Source: Polyangiaceae bacterium (GTDB lineage Bacteria; Myxococcota_A; Polyangia; Polyangiales; Polyangiaceae). Taken from it: 64,000 nucleotides of DNA. The position numbers and the translations under genes were made by a program. Below are positions 37,201-44,986 of the stretch, piece by piece. How positions within the stretch are numbered: the stretch's first letter is position 1; every line of letters begins with the position of its first letter. Below the pieces are notes generated by a model, which ran no database searches, was not told where the DNA came from, and worked only from the letters and a program-made list of their open reading frames with translations. The stretch is from positions 10,126 to 74,125 of the forward strand of contig JBNLEN010000008.1 in the NCBI GenBank assembly GCA_050304975.1. Reading direction: 5' to 3'.

Positions 37201-39803
37201 CTCAAGTTCTGGATGCGCTGCAAGATCGCGCTGGCCAAGAGCACGCGCTGCCCCTGATCGAGCTGTGTGGAAAATAGGCGGATGACCGCGCGTTCCAGCG
37301 CGCCGCCATAGTTCAAACCGTCCACCTCGTCGTAGTGAGAGAGCGCCTTCTTCAATACCTCGACGAAGGCCTCGGGCAGACCGCTGCCCCCGGCTCGCAT
37401 ACGTCGCAAGTAGATGCGCAACAGAGCATTGTTCGACAGCTGATCCAGCTCACCAGCTCCCAAACGATGCCGCGTGCTTCGCATCACCAAGCGTTCGATG
37501 TCGAAGAACACCGACAGCTGTTGTTTGACCTCCACCAATTGTCGACAGAACTCGAGTGAGAGTTCCTCGGGCAACGGCGCCTGCAAGAACTGGATGAGTT
37601 TTTCGACGCGCGCAGGGAACACATCATACCCGAGCAAGATCCGACGGATCTCTTCAGTCACGACATTCATCGCGGCGCGCCGGTCTTGCTCGGAGGCCGA
37701 GTCTGCAAGCGCCAAGTTGGGCTCCGCCAACTGGCCATCTTGCTGATCGAACAGCAGCGCAAGAGGATCCCGTACCACTGGCAGCTCGAGCCGAGATTCT
37801 TGTTTGTCGGCGTCTGCAGCATCACTGGCGGGATCGATCACCAAGATCACGTCGCCAGCGGCCAACTGCTGCCCTTTGCGAGCCCGCACCTCGGTCACCG
37901 TACCACTGACCGGCGCATCGAAGCCGATCTCCATTTTCATCGCTTCCACGAGACCCAAGGGCGTACCGGCTTGCACTTGATCGCCCACAGACACGTTTAG
38001 AGCGACCACCATCGACGGCGAGTTGGCTCGCACCTGACCAGCCGTCTGCCGCCCTAGCTGATGCACGAAGCCTTCGATCTCAACTCGGATATTGACGTCG
38101 GTGACGTCATACACAACGCGCAAGTCGCGGTTGCCGATCACCAGGCGCGCGGCATGGCCCCCCGAGACCGACAAGCGTGCCGCCACTACCCGACCGTCCA
38201 TGTGTACTCGGTAGCGCGCCGCTCCTGAGGCATACACGTTCACGCGGTATTGGGTACCCGCATAGGTCAGGTCAAACTCCTCGCCCGAGCTGGGCGGGAT
38301 CTTGTCCTGAGTCAGGTTGCTGGCATCGGCGTAGAAGTTCGCACGTTGGGTCGCGCGCGCCGCGCGATAAGACAGAATTGCCGCCAGCACCATGGCTTCG
38401 GCAGCAAACTCACGCTGTTGCGAGCGCGTCTCGTTCCAGCGGTCGAGCCAAGTGGTGTCCACACCGCCAGCTTTGAACTCTTCTGCATCCAGCAGCTCCA
38501 ACAAGTAACCCTTGTTGGTGGCGCCTCCCTCGATCACCAGATCAAAGTCTCGCAGCGCCGTCGCCAATCTGGCACGCGCTTCTTCACGCGTATCGCCGCT
38601 GGCGATCACTTTGGCGATCAACGAATCGAACGCGGGCGGAACGGTCGACTCTTGTGCCACGCCAGTATCGATCCGCAGACGTGGTCCGAGGGCGGGGTCA
38701 AATCGTGCGACCTTGCCCGGCGCCGGCAAGAAACCAGCATCTGGATCTTCGGCACACACCCGCGCCTCGATCGAAAAGCCACGCTCTCGAATCGGGGCTT
38801 CCTCCGGATCTGGCAGTTGTTCACCGCGCGCGACCCTGATCTGCAGTTGAACCAGATCAGTACCGGTGATCTCTTCAGTAATGCCGTGCTCCACCTGAAG
38901 GCGGGGGTTCATCTCCAAGAAGAAATAGTCGGGCCCATCCACTAGGAACTCGACTGTGCCAGCGCCGCAGTAGCCGACCTCTTCGGCCAATGAAACAGCG
39001 GCTTCCTTCAAGGCTCGGAACATCAGTGGCGGCAAACCGACTGGCGGCGCCTCCTCGATCACTTTCTGGTGGCGACGCTGAACAGAACAGTCGCGACACC
39101 CAAGCGCCAATACGCGCCCATGACGATCGGCGATGATCTGTACCTCGATGTGACGACCCTGCTTGACCATCGCTTCGACGAACATGCGGCCGTCACCGAA
39201 GGCAGACGTGGCTTCCGACTGCGCTGAACGAAACAGTTCGTCGAACTTGCTGGGCTCGCGCACCACGCGGATGCCGCGACCACCACCACCAGCCGAAGCT
39301 TTGACCACGACGGGGAATCCAATGCGTTCCGCGTGTTTCTTGGCTTCCTCCAGTTCAACCGCTCCGCCGCTCCACGGCGTGACGGGCACATCCACGCGCT
39401 CCGCCAACTGCTTGGAAGCGATCTTGTCTCCCAGCGCTCGCATGGTGGATGCGCTCGGCCCGAGGAAACGAATCCCCGCGTCTGCCAGGCGGTCCACGAA
39501 CTCGGGCGACTCAGCGACGAACCCCCAGCCAGGCCAGACAGCATCCGCGCCGACGCGTTTGAGCGTCTCCAGCAGCAGGTCATGATCGAGATAGCTCGCG
39601 ACCGGCGTCGTCTTAACCGGCAACTCAATCGCAATGTCGGCATGACGCACGAACGGCGCCTCTCGATCGGCGGGGGTGTACATCGCTACGACGCGAAGCT
39701 CTTCACCTTCGAGCGCCCGTAGAGACTTCACAGCACGAATGCAACGCATCGCGGCTTCACCGCGATTCACGATGGCTAAACAACGGATAGGTTCGGTAGT
39801 CAT
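34236..39803 (-). CDS. Single-chain multidomain acyl-CoA carboxylase: biotin carboxylase, BCCP, long central region, carboxyltransferase (1855 aa)
   Basis: BC: CLAIVNRGEAAMRCIRA, KASAGGGGRGIRVV, EMNPRLQVEHGITEEITG. BCCP: EAMKMEIGF (Lys codon 37935-37937). CT: VLSDPTRGMGALADAECDRV, GVNVGAQSYW, GGTLFPISSKKVARALN, RYHGGAYVVFS. This is one uninterrupted ORF. Confidence 0.9.
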   Translation of the reverse strand: MTTEPIRCLAIVNRGEAAMRCIRAVKSLRALEGEELRVVAMYTPADREAPFVRHADIAIELPVKTTPVASYLDHDLLLETLKRVGADAVWPGWGFVAESPEFVDRLADAGIRFLGPSASTMRALGDKIASKQLAERVDVPVTPWSGGAVELEEAKKHAERIGFPVVVKASAGGGGRGIRVVREPSKFDELFRSAQSEATSAFGDGRMFVEAMVKQGRHIEVQIIADRHGRVLALGCRDCSVQRRHQKVIEEAPPVGLPPLMFRALKEAAVSLAEEVGYCGAGTVEFLVDGPDYFFLEMNPRLQVEHGITEEITGTDLVQLQIRVARGEQLPDPEEAPIRERGFSIEARVCAEDPDAGFLPAPGKVARFDPALGPRLRIDTGVAQESTVPPAFDSLIAKVIASGDTREEARARLATALRDFDLVIEGGATNKGYLLELLDAEEFKAGGVDTTWLDRWNETRSQQREFAAEAMVLAAILSYRAARATQRANFYADASNLTQDKIPPSSGEEFDLTYAGTQYRVNVYASGAARYRVHMDGRVVAARLSVSGGHAARLVIGNRDLRVVYDVTDVNIRVEIEGFVHQLGRQTAGQVRANSPSMVVALNVSVGDQVQAGTPLGLVEAMKMEIGFDAPVSGTVTEVRARKGQQLAAGDVILVIDPASDAADADKQESRLELPVVRDPLALLFDQQDGQLAEPNLALADSASEQDRRAAMNVVTEEIRRILLGYDVFPARVEKLIQFLQAPLPEELSLEFCRQLVEVKQQLSVFFDIERLVMRSTRHRLGAGELDQLSNNALLRIYLRRMRAGGSGLPEAFVEVLKKALSHYDEVDGLNYGGALERAVIRLFSTQLDQGQRVLLASAILQRIQNLSTRELQLDKDRELRRTLGNIASMRGHLPNSLCDSAIEAIYSIYQRPELDNAAERTRRQVEDWLSQAQSELPSAPNLDDLALAPPGRFRKVLGWLGDAEPRRLSIALSATLRRLYAPRVPTEVSLNKTGVERLGFDDQVVLALSAQESEISAKLEQIAKTSASGQAPDALELLVPIERSDAIESCVQAAVSTLEGRRIAGRVTLTFVQPNLDLWHETISQDGQRVELHGLHPETAARVDFQRYASFELERLPAADRVYCFYGKSRQVPDDERIFVLAEVLGSPPQEGKRSAFYIPLFERAFHEAARTLRLTIGSRDPRRRLQWNRITLFVAHPIVLEAGTAEWLSQQLYPATRHLGLERVAVRLKVLENEKATEADDVEVVISDPTGTRMEIHWREPHKEPLAPVAPYERSVVAARRRGLIYPYEIIRMLAPDDAETGNGSNGVSAFSDGAIPPGSFEEYDLDPKSETPRAISVAGRPHGQNKSAIVFGVISTPTAKVPEGMRRVLVLSDPTRGMGALADAECDRVVAAMDLAEQLKLPVEWLPVSSGARIAMDSGTENLDATARVVRRIVTFTQNNGVIHIIVSGVNVGAQSYWDSLATMLNHTRGILIMTPRASMVLTGRAALAASGSVSAEDEVAIGGYERVMGPNGQGQYYAEDLGDAYRILYRHYEFSYVVPGELRPRSFQSEDPIERDIGDSAYDGSEFKSVGEVFDQSTNPGRKRPFAMRPLMRAVADSDSPYLERWQAQVGGETAIIWDTHIGGMPVCLMGIESQNIARWGYRPLDGPPDWNGGTLFPISSKKVARALNACSGNRPAVILANLSGFDGSPESMRKLQLEYGAEIARAVVNFDGPLIFLVVSRYHGGAYVVFSRELNPNLRAFAVEGSYASVIGGGPAATVVFPREVRERVSKDPRVIQMRERIARHGTPELRAAAEQLLEDVRLEKQAELAAEFDKVHSVERARSVGSLEEIIPALRVRPFVIETLKSALS

Positions 39804-39873
39804 CAGTCCGAGAAAAGTTGAGGGCCAGCTTCTACAACCATGGAGCTCGCCTGACCAGACCTAGAGCTCTCCT

Positions 39874-39918
39874 GGCTAGTGTCCGTCCTGAAAAGGCATT
39901 CCTTGACCGACACTAGCC
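39874..39918. promoter_or_regulatory. 10-bp perfect inverted repeat (hairpin or operator) between the response-regulator 3' end and the carboxylase start, with a related third motif at 39951-39962
   Basis: GGCTAGTGTC (39874-39883) and GACACTAGCC (39909-39918) are exact reverse complements, 25 nt apart. GACACTGGCTAG at 39951-39962 reuses both half-motifs. Confidence 0.45.
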
Positions 39919-40025
39919 CCTCGACGAGGGTGCCGACTCAGTTCCGGATGGACACTGGCTAGCGGGGTGCGAAGTCCGGGTAGCGTCCAGGGCCCCTCAC
40001 GAGCCAAATTGGTCAGACCACTGTT

Positions 40026-40739
40026 TCATAGGTCTGCGTCTTCGCTGGTCCCATCGCTCGGGGAAGAAACGAACCGGTATCCGACTCCCCTGACGGTCTC
40101 GACGTAGACTCGGGCAGCCCCGAGTTTTTCCCGCAAACGCTTGACGTGGGTATCGACGGTACGAGTCGTGACGTCTGCGGTGACTCCCCACACGCCATCC
40201 AGCAAACTCGAACGCGACTGGACGCGATTGCGGCGTTCATACAGTGCGAGGAGCAAGCGAAATTCCAACGCTGACAACTCGATTTCTTCGTCGTCAACCC
40301 AGGCGCGATGGGCCTCTTGATCGATCCGCAGGCGACCAAACACGATCTGCTCGTCCTCGGAAGGATTCGCTTTGGTACGTCTTAGAACGGCGTTCACGCG
40401 CAAAAGCAATTCGCGCACGCTAAAGGGCTTGGTGACGTAGTCGTCCGCGCCCAACTCGAAGCCTTCAACCCGATCCTGCTCCTCTCCTTTTGCCGTCAAC
40501 ATCACGACCGGGATGCTCGAGCTAGCGGGATCGGACTTGACCATGCGGCAGACCTCGGTCCCCAAGATGTCGGGCAGCATGACATCGAGCAGGATCAGAT
40601 CTGGGTGATGCTCCCGAGCCAGGCGCAGCCCGTCGCTCCCCGAGCCGGCGACGAGCACCTCATGCCCGGCCTGCTGGAAGTTGAACTGCAGCACCTGCTG
40701 GAGGTCACGCTCGTCTTCGACGATCAGTACCTTTGCCAT
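40026..40739 (-). CDS. OmpR/PhoB-family response regulator (receiver plus winged-helix)
   Basis: Motifs: MAKVLIVEDERDL, LILLDVMLPD (phospho-Asp), DDYVTKPFSVREL, LSALEFRLLLAL, VDTHVKRLREKL, VRGVGYRF. Confidence 0.93.
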   Translation of the reverse strand: MAKVLIVEDERDLQQVLQFNFQQAGHEVLVAGSGSDGLRLAREHHPDLILLDVMLPDILGTEVCRMVKSDPASSSIPVVMLTAKGEEQDRVEGFELGADDYVTKPFSVRELLLRVNAVLRRTKANPSEDEQIVFGRLRIDQEAHRAWVDDEEIELSALEFRLLLALYERRNRVQSRSSLLDGVWGVTADVTTRTVDTHVKRLREKLGAARVYVETVRGVGYRFVSSPSDGTSEDADL

Positions 40740-40849
40740 CGCTGCCCAGTCTAGTGGCCTGGTCGCCGCAATTCAGTCTCGTATTCGTACGCTCGGACTC
40801 GGCGAGGTTCGACTCCTCGGCCCCTCGTCCCAGACAGGACCAAACTCGC

Positions 40850-40905
40850 CTGTCAATCTGTCACGGCGTCACACGAATGCGCGCGCGGAGTGTCAGCGTG
40901 ACGCG
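40850..40905. promoter_or_regulatory. Cluster of TGTCA/GTCAC/GTGAC motifs in the divergent promoter region between the response regulator and the pseudopilin gene
   Basis: cTGTCAatcTGTCAcggcGTCACacg...gagTGTCAgcGTGACgcg. TGTCA occurs at 40851, 40859 and 40891. GCGTCAC at 40866-40872 and GTGACGC at 40898-40904 form a 7-bp inverted repeat. Confidence 0.3.
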
Positions 40906-40985
40906 CGAGCGCTCCCCTGACGGCAGCTAAGTAATTGAAATGTAATGACCTGAGTGGGCGGCACAGAGGTTGCTTTAGCCGCCGC

Positions 40986-41396
40986 ATGCGTCAGATCCGC
41001 ATTTCGAGCCGTCACAGCAACCCCCAAGCGCGAGGCGTCACCCGCTTCGAGCTGATAGCTGGCGGCGCTTTGCTGGCAGTCCTGGTTGCCACAGCCAGCT
41101 TCTGGATGGGCAGCGAACAGGAGGACGCCAAACGCGGTAGCGCGGAGAAGGTGGCCAAGAGCCTGGCTTCGGCAGCTTCCGAATGGAAGCGCGAACACGC
41201 CCAGATGGGTTGTCCGACCGTCTCTTTGTTGCAGCACGAGTCCAGGTACGACCGCAAGGCGCCAGCCGATGACCCGTGGGGCGGGAGGTTTCGCATCAGC
41301 TGTTCGGCGACGGGGCTGAGCGTCAAGTCAGCCGGCGGGGATGGCCGCTTCGATACTGACGACGACATCTCCGTCGATAGCGACTTCAGCAGCTGA
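40986..41396 (+). CDS. GspG-like type II secretion pseudopilin / type IV pilin-like protein (orphan)
   Basis: The ATG at 40986 gives MRQIRISSRHSNPQARG|VTRFELIAGGALLAVLVATASF, a prepilin-type leader with Gly at -1, Glu at +5 and a hydrophobic helix. The C-terminus DPWGGRFRI...SAGGDGRFDTDDDI resembles the GspG calcium-loop region. Confidence 0.65.
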   Translation: MRQIRISSRHSNPQARGVTRFELIAGGALLAVLVATASFWMGSEQEDAKRGSAEKVAKSLASAASEWKREHAQMGCPTVSLLQHESRYDRKAPADDPWGGRFRISCSATGLSVKSAGGDGRFDTDDDISVDSDFSS

Positions 41397-41468
41397 TCGC
41401 TGGCGGCGCGTCGCCGCATTTTCTTTTGCGAGCTTCCGACGCGGCGCGAGATATGCTGCAGGCCGCAA

Positions 41469-42167
41469 GTGCGACCCGCTCTCCTATCGTCCGGCGAACC
41501 CGAGAGCTTTCCAGATCCTGAGCTGTTCGACGACGAGGGGCTGGTGGCGGTCGGCGGGGATCTATCTGAGCAACGCCTGCTTTGTGGTTACCGGTCCGGG
41601 ATTTTTCCCTGGTACAGCGCGGGCTATCCGCCTCTTTGGTGGAGCCCCAATCCGCGCACCATCCTGCCGCTTGACGCGATGCATATATCGCGCAGCATGC
41701 GGAGACGTTTACGTAAGCAGGACTTCTCCGTGACCTGGAATCAAGCATTCGAGCGTGTGATTCGGGCCTGCGGCGAGCGACGTAACGAGGGCACCTGGAT
41801 ACTACCGGAGATGATATCCGCCTACGAAGGGCTACACCGCGCAGGGCACGCGTACAGCATCGAAGTCTGGGATGCGGCCGGAGATCTCGTCGGGGGACTT
41901 TACGGCGTGCAGTGCGGCGGGTTATTTGCCGCTGAAAGCATGTTTCATCGTGCGGCCGATATGTCGAAGGTCGCCCTCTTGTATGCCGGCTCCAGTCTGA
42001 GGCGGGCTGGGATCAGATTGTTTGATGTTCAGTTCCTGACCAGTCATCTGGCGAGTCTCGGCGCCTGCGAAGTCCCAAGGAAGCAATACCTCGAATCCCT
42101 ACGTAAGCACTGCACCCTCGACGTAGACCTCAGCCAGCTGGTGTTGACCCCCCCGGTCGACAGCTAG
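41469..42167 (+). CDS. aat: Leucyl/phenylalanyl-tRNA--protein transferase
   Basis: Motifs: GLVAVGGDLSEQRLLCGYRSGIFPWY, PPLWWSPNPRTILPLDAMHISRSMRRRLRK, GTWILPEMISAYEGLHRAGHAYSIEVW, GGLYGVQCGGLFAAESMF. GTG start. Confidence 0.9.
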   Translation: MRPALLSSGEPESFPDPELFDDEGLVAVGGDLSEQRLLCGYRSGIFPWYSAGYPPLWWSPNPRTILPLDAMHISRSMRRRLRKQDFSVTWNQAFERVIRACGERRNEGTWILPEMISAYEGLHRAGHAYSIEVWDAAGDLVGGLYGVQCGGLFAAESMFHRAADMSKVALLYAGSSLRRAGIRLFDVQFLTSHLASLGACEVPRKQYLESLRKHCTLDVDLSQLVLTPPVDS

Positions 42168-42238
42168 CTCGAACTACGTCACCGTGTGAGCTAGACTGCA
42201 CGGACCGCTGGGTGCTAAGCGGTACTTGGTCGCCCATT

Positions 42239-44986
42239 ATGAGCGAAAGCGAATCGATCCCCACTCTGGCAGCGCTCCAACGCAGCGCGCACGAGTACCT
42301 GAAGAACAGTCAGTGGGTAGCAGCGCGTCAAGTGCTGCTTCAGGCAGCGCAACACTATGCGGAGAGCGCAGATGTGTTTAGCGATCTGGCCGCTGCGGAA
42401 CGCGCGCTCGGTCAATTGGACCAAGCGATTCTGCACTACCAACGTTCTCTGGAGCTCGATCCCAAGCTCGCGTTCGTACACAACAATCTAGGCAACGCGC
42501 TGTCGGAAAAGGGACAGCTGCGCGACGCCATCGACTGTTATCACCGCGCGTTGGTCCTGCAGCCGCGCTACCCCGAGGCGCTGAACAATCTGGCGAAGGT
42601 CTTGCTTCGCGAAGGACGGCTGGACGAATCTCGCCGCGCTCTGGAGCGATTGTTCGCGATGACTCGTGACCATCTGCCCGCGTTCGAGACGCTGGCGGTG
42701 CTGTGCGAGCGGCAAGGCAACGTCCAAGAGGCGCTGCAACATTACGTCTCGTTGGCGAGCCATTATCTCAAAGGCGCGGACCCGGAACGCGCGCTGTGGG
42801 CGATGGACGCCTGTCGCCGCTTGGGACATCGCAGTGCAGGTCTCGAGGCCAACCGCTGCGCAGCATTCCTGCAGCTCGGCCGATTCGAGGAGGCCCGAGA
42901 CGCCGGCATCGCCGCGCTGCGGCTCGATCCGAACCACGCCAATGCCCACGTCAACTTGGGCTCTGCCTACGTCTCCCTCGGCGACTACCGGAGCGCCCTG
43001 ACGCTACAAAAACGGGCAACTGAATTGGCCCCCAACCTGGCCGAGGCCTTCATCAACTTGGGCAACACCCTGGTGGAGTGCGATGACCCGCAGAACGCGT
43101 TGATCGCGCAGAACCGCGCGCTCGAGCTGGATCCAAGCAGCCCGCGCGCGATGTGCGGGTTGGCGGTCTGTTACCAGAGCCTCGGCCGGCGGGTGGAAGC
43201 AGCGGACCTCTACCGACGCGCTCTGACGTTGGCTCCCAACTACGCCGAAGCCCACTTCAAGTACGGCAAACTGTTGTTGAGTGAGGGCCAGCTGCCCGAA
43301 GGCTTCAAAGAGATCGAATGGCGTCGCTCCGAACCTTTGTTCCGTAAGTGGGCCGAACGCTACCCCGGCCCGATGTGGTCTGGTCAGGACGTCAGCGGCA
43401 AGACGGTGGTGCTCTACGATGAGCAGTCCAACGCCGACGTGCTGCAATTCGTCCGCTACGCCAAAGCTTTCAAGCAGCGCGGCGCGCGGGTGGTCGTCGA
43501 TTGTCGCGCCCCACTGCACCGATTGATTGCTGCTCAAAGCTACGTCGATGGCGTCGCCGATACGGAAGAAGGGGGCCCAGTTCCCTTTGAAGCCTATGCT
43601 CCGATTCAGAGTTTGCCGCACATCTTCGGCACGTCGATGTCCAGCATTCCGAGCGAGCACCCCTACCTGCAGGCACCAGCGCCGGGCCCAACCCAGATCT
43701 CGCTCGCTAGCGGCGTCAAGATCGGCGTTGCTTGGGGGGCCGATCCAGACCAGCGAAGTCGCAGTCGCTCGATGGGCCTCGACCAACTTGAGCCGTTGTT
43801 CGACATCGGTGGCGTGTCTTGGTTCAGTCTACAGGTAGGTGCAGAAAGAGAACAGCTTCAGCGTGTGCCCCATCCACCGGTTGACCTAGGCGCCAGCTTC
43901 TCTGACTTCGCCGACACGGCGGCTGCCATCAGTCAGCTGGACCTGATCATCACCGTAGACAATGCGATTGCCCACTTGGCTGGAGCGTTGGGACGCCCGG
44001 TCTGGGTGCTGCTGCCCCAACACGCCGACTGGTGCTGGCACCTAGATCGTGAAGACAGCCCTTGGTACCCGCGGGCGCGGCTGTTCCGCCAGCAGCAAGT
44101 CTCGGCCTGGGAACCGCTCATCGCGCGGATGAAACAGCAATTGATCCAGTCGGTGGCTGCTTTTGCCCGCGCCGCTGGCAACCAGCCACCAGCGCAGCCC
44201 AGCCAACCTCCCAACGCGGGCCAGACGCCGGAGCCAGCCCGACCAAGCGCACCCCCGGCCGCTGCGATGGGGACGAGCGAAGTTCCCCAGGCGCGCTCGA
44301 ATGACATGGGTGGCCACTCAGGACCGGCGCTCTCCCCCTACGGAACTCCTCCGGCAGGCGCCGGTGGTCCGTATGGCGGGCCGCCCGCTGCGGCTTCGCC
44401 CTATGGCCCTCCGCCTGCGTATGCGCCCGCTTCATCTCCCCCGGCCTATCCGCCCGCGTCTTCACCTCCATACGCTCCGGCTGCCGCGGCCCCGTATGCG
44501 CCGGCGTCCTCAGCAGCATACGCCCCCTCAGGCCGCAGCGGCAGCGCTCCTCCGGAGCCTCACCCCGGGTACGCGCCTGACGCGGCACGCTACGCTCCCG
44601 CAGGGGCTGGAACGCCCGGCCACAGTCAGCCTCCGCCGCCAAGTCAGGCGCCGCCGGCCGCAAGCCAGCCGCCGCCCGCGCCGATACCGGCTGCGGCCCC
44701 TCCCCCTCCGGCGCCGATCTCGGTCCCCGCTCCGCCGATCACCCCATCCGCTGTGGGCTCGCCGTACGGACGCCCACCAGCCGGCCCTGGCAGTTCGCCC
44801 GAACAGCCGGCGCCTCCGGCACCATCCCACCCGCCGCCTCCGCCGGGCCTCTACGGTCCTCCGCCGGGTGCATCCTCTTCTGCAATCCCTGGTCAGCCAG
44901 CGGCAGCCAGCCCAAAGCCTCCCTCGGTCTCGACAGAGCCGGGCTCTCCTAGTCAAACGCCGGGTGGGAACTCCGGGCCGGAGTAA
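42239..44986 (+). CDS. TPR-repeat protein fused to a glycosyltransferase family 9 (heptosyltransferase-like) domain and a roughly 275-aa Pro/Ala-rich tail
   Basis: Multiple TPR units (AILHYQRSLELDPKLAFVHNNLGNAL, AIDCYHRALVLQPRYPEALNNLAKVL, etc.). GT9-like strings: KTVVLYDEQSNADVLQFVRYAKAFKQRGARVVVDC, LDLIITVDNAIAHLAGALGRPVWVLL. The tail is PPAxAP-type low complexity. ATG at 42239; the ORF track starts at the GTG at 42212. Confidence 0.8.
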   Translation: MSESESIPTLAALQRSAHEYLKNSQWVAARQVLLQAAQHYAESADVFSDLAAAERALGQLDQAILHYQRSLELDPKLAFVHNNLGNALSEKGQLRDAIDCYHRALVLQPRYPEALNNLAKVLLREGRLDESRRALERLFAMTRDHLPAFETLAVLCERQGNVQEALQHYVSLASHYLKGADPERALWAMDACRRLGHRSAGLEANRCAAFLQLGRFEEARDAGIAALRLDPNHANAHVNLGSAYVSLGDYRSALTLQKRATELAPNLAEAFINLGNTLVECDDPQNALIAQNRALELDPSSPRAMCGLAVCYQSLGRRVEAADLYRRALTLAPNYAEAHFKYGKLLLSEGQLPEGFKEIEWRRSEPLFRKWAERYPGPMWSGQDVSGKTVVLYDEQSNADVLQFVRYAKAFKQRGARVVVDCRAPLHRLIAAQSYVDGVADTEEGGPVPFEAYAPIQSLPHIFGTSMSSIPSEHPYLQAPAPGPTQISLASGVKIGVAWGADPDQRSRSRSMGLDQLEPLFDIGGVSWFSLQVGAEREQLQRVPHPPVDLGASFSDFADTAAAISQLDLIITVDNAIAHLAGALGRPVWVLLPQHADWCWHLDREDSPWYPRARLFRQQQVSAWEPLIARMKQQLIQSVAAFARAAGNQPPAQPSQPPNAGQTPEPARPSAPPAAAMGTSEVPQARSNDMGGHSGPALSPYGTPPAGAGGPYGGPPAAASPYGPPPAYAPASSPPAYPPASSPPYAPAAAAPYAPASSAAYAPSGRSGSAPPEPHPGYAPDAARYAPAGAGTPGHSQPPPPSQAPPAASQPPPAPIPAAAPPPPAPISVPAPPITPSAVGSPYGRPPAGPGSSPEQPAPPAPSHPPPPPGLYGPPPGASSSAIPGQPAAASPKPPSVSTEPGSPSQTPGGNSGPE

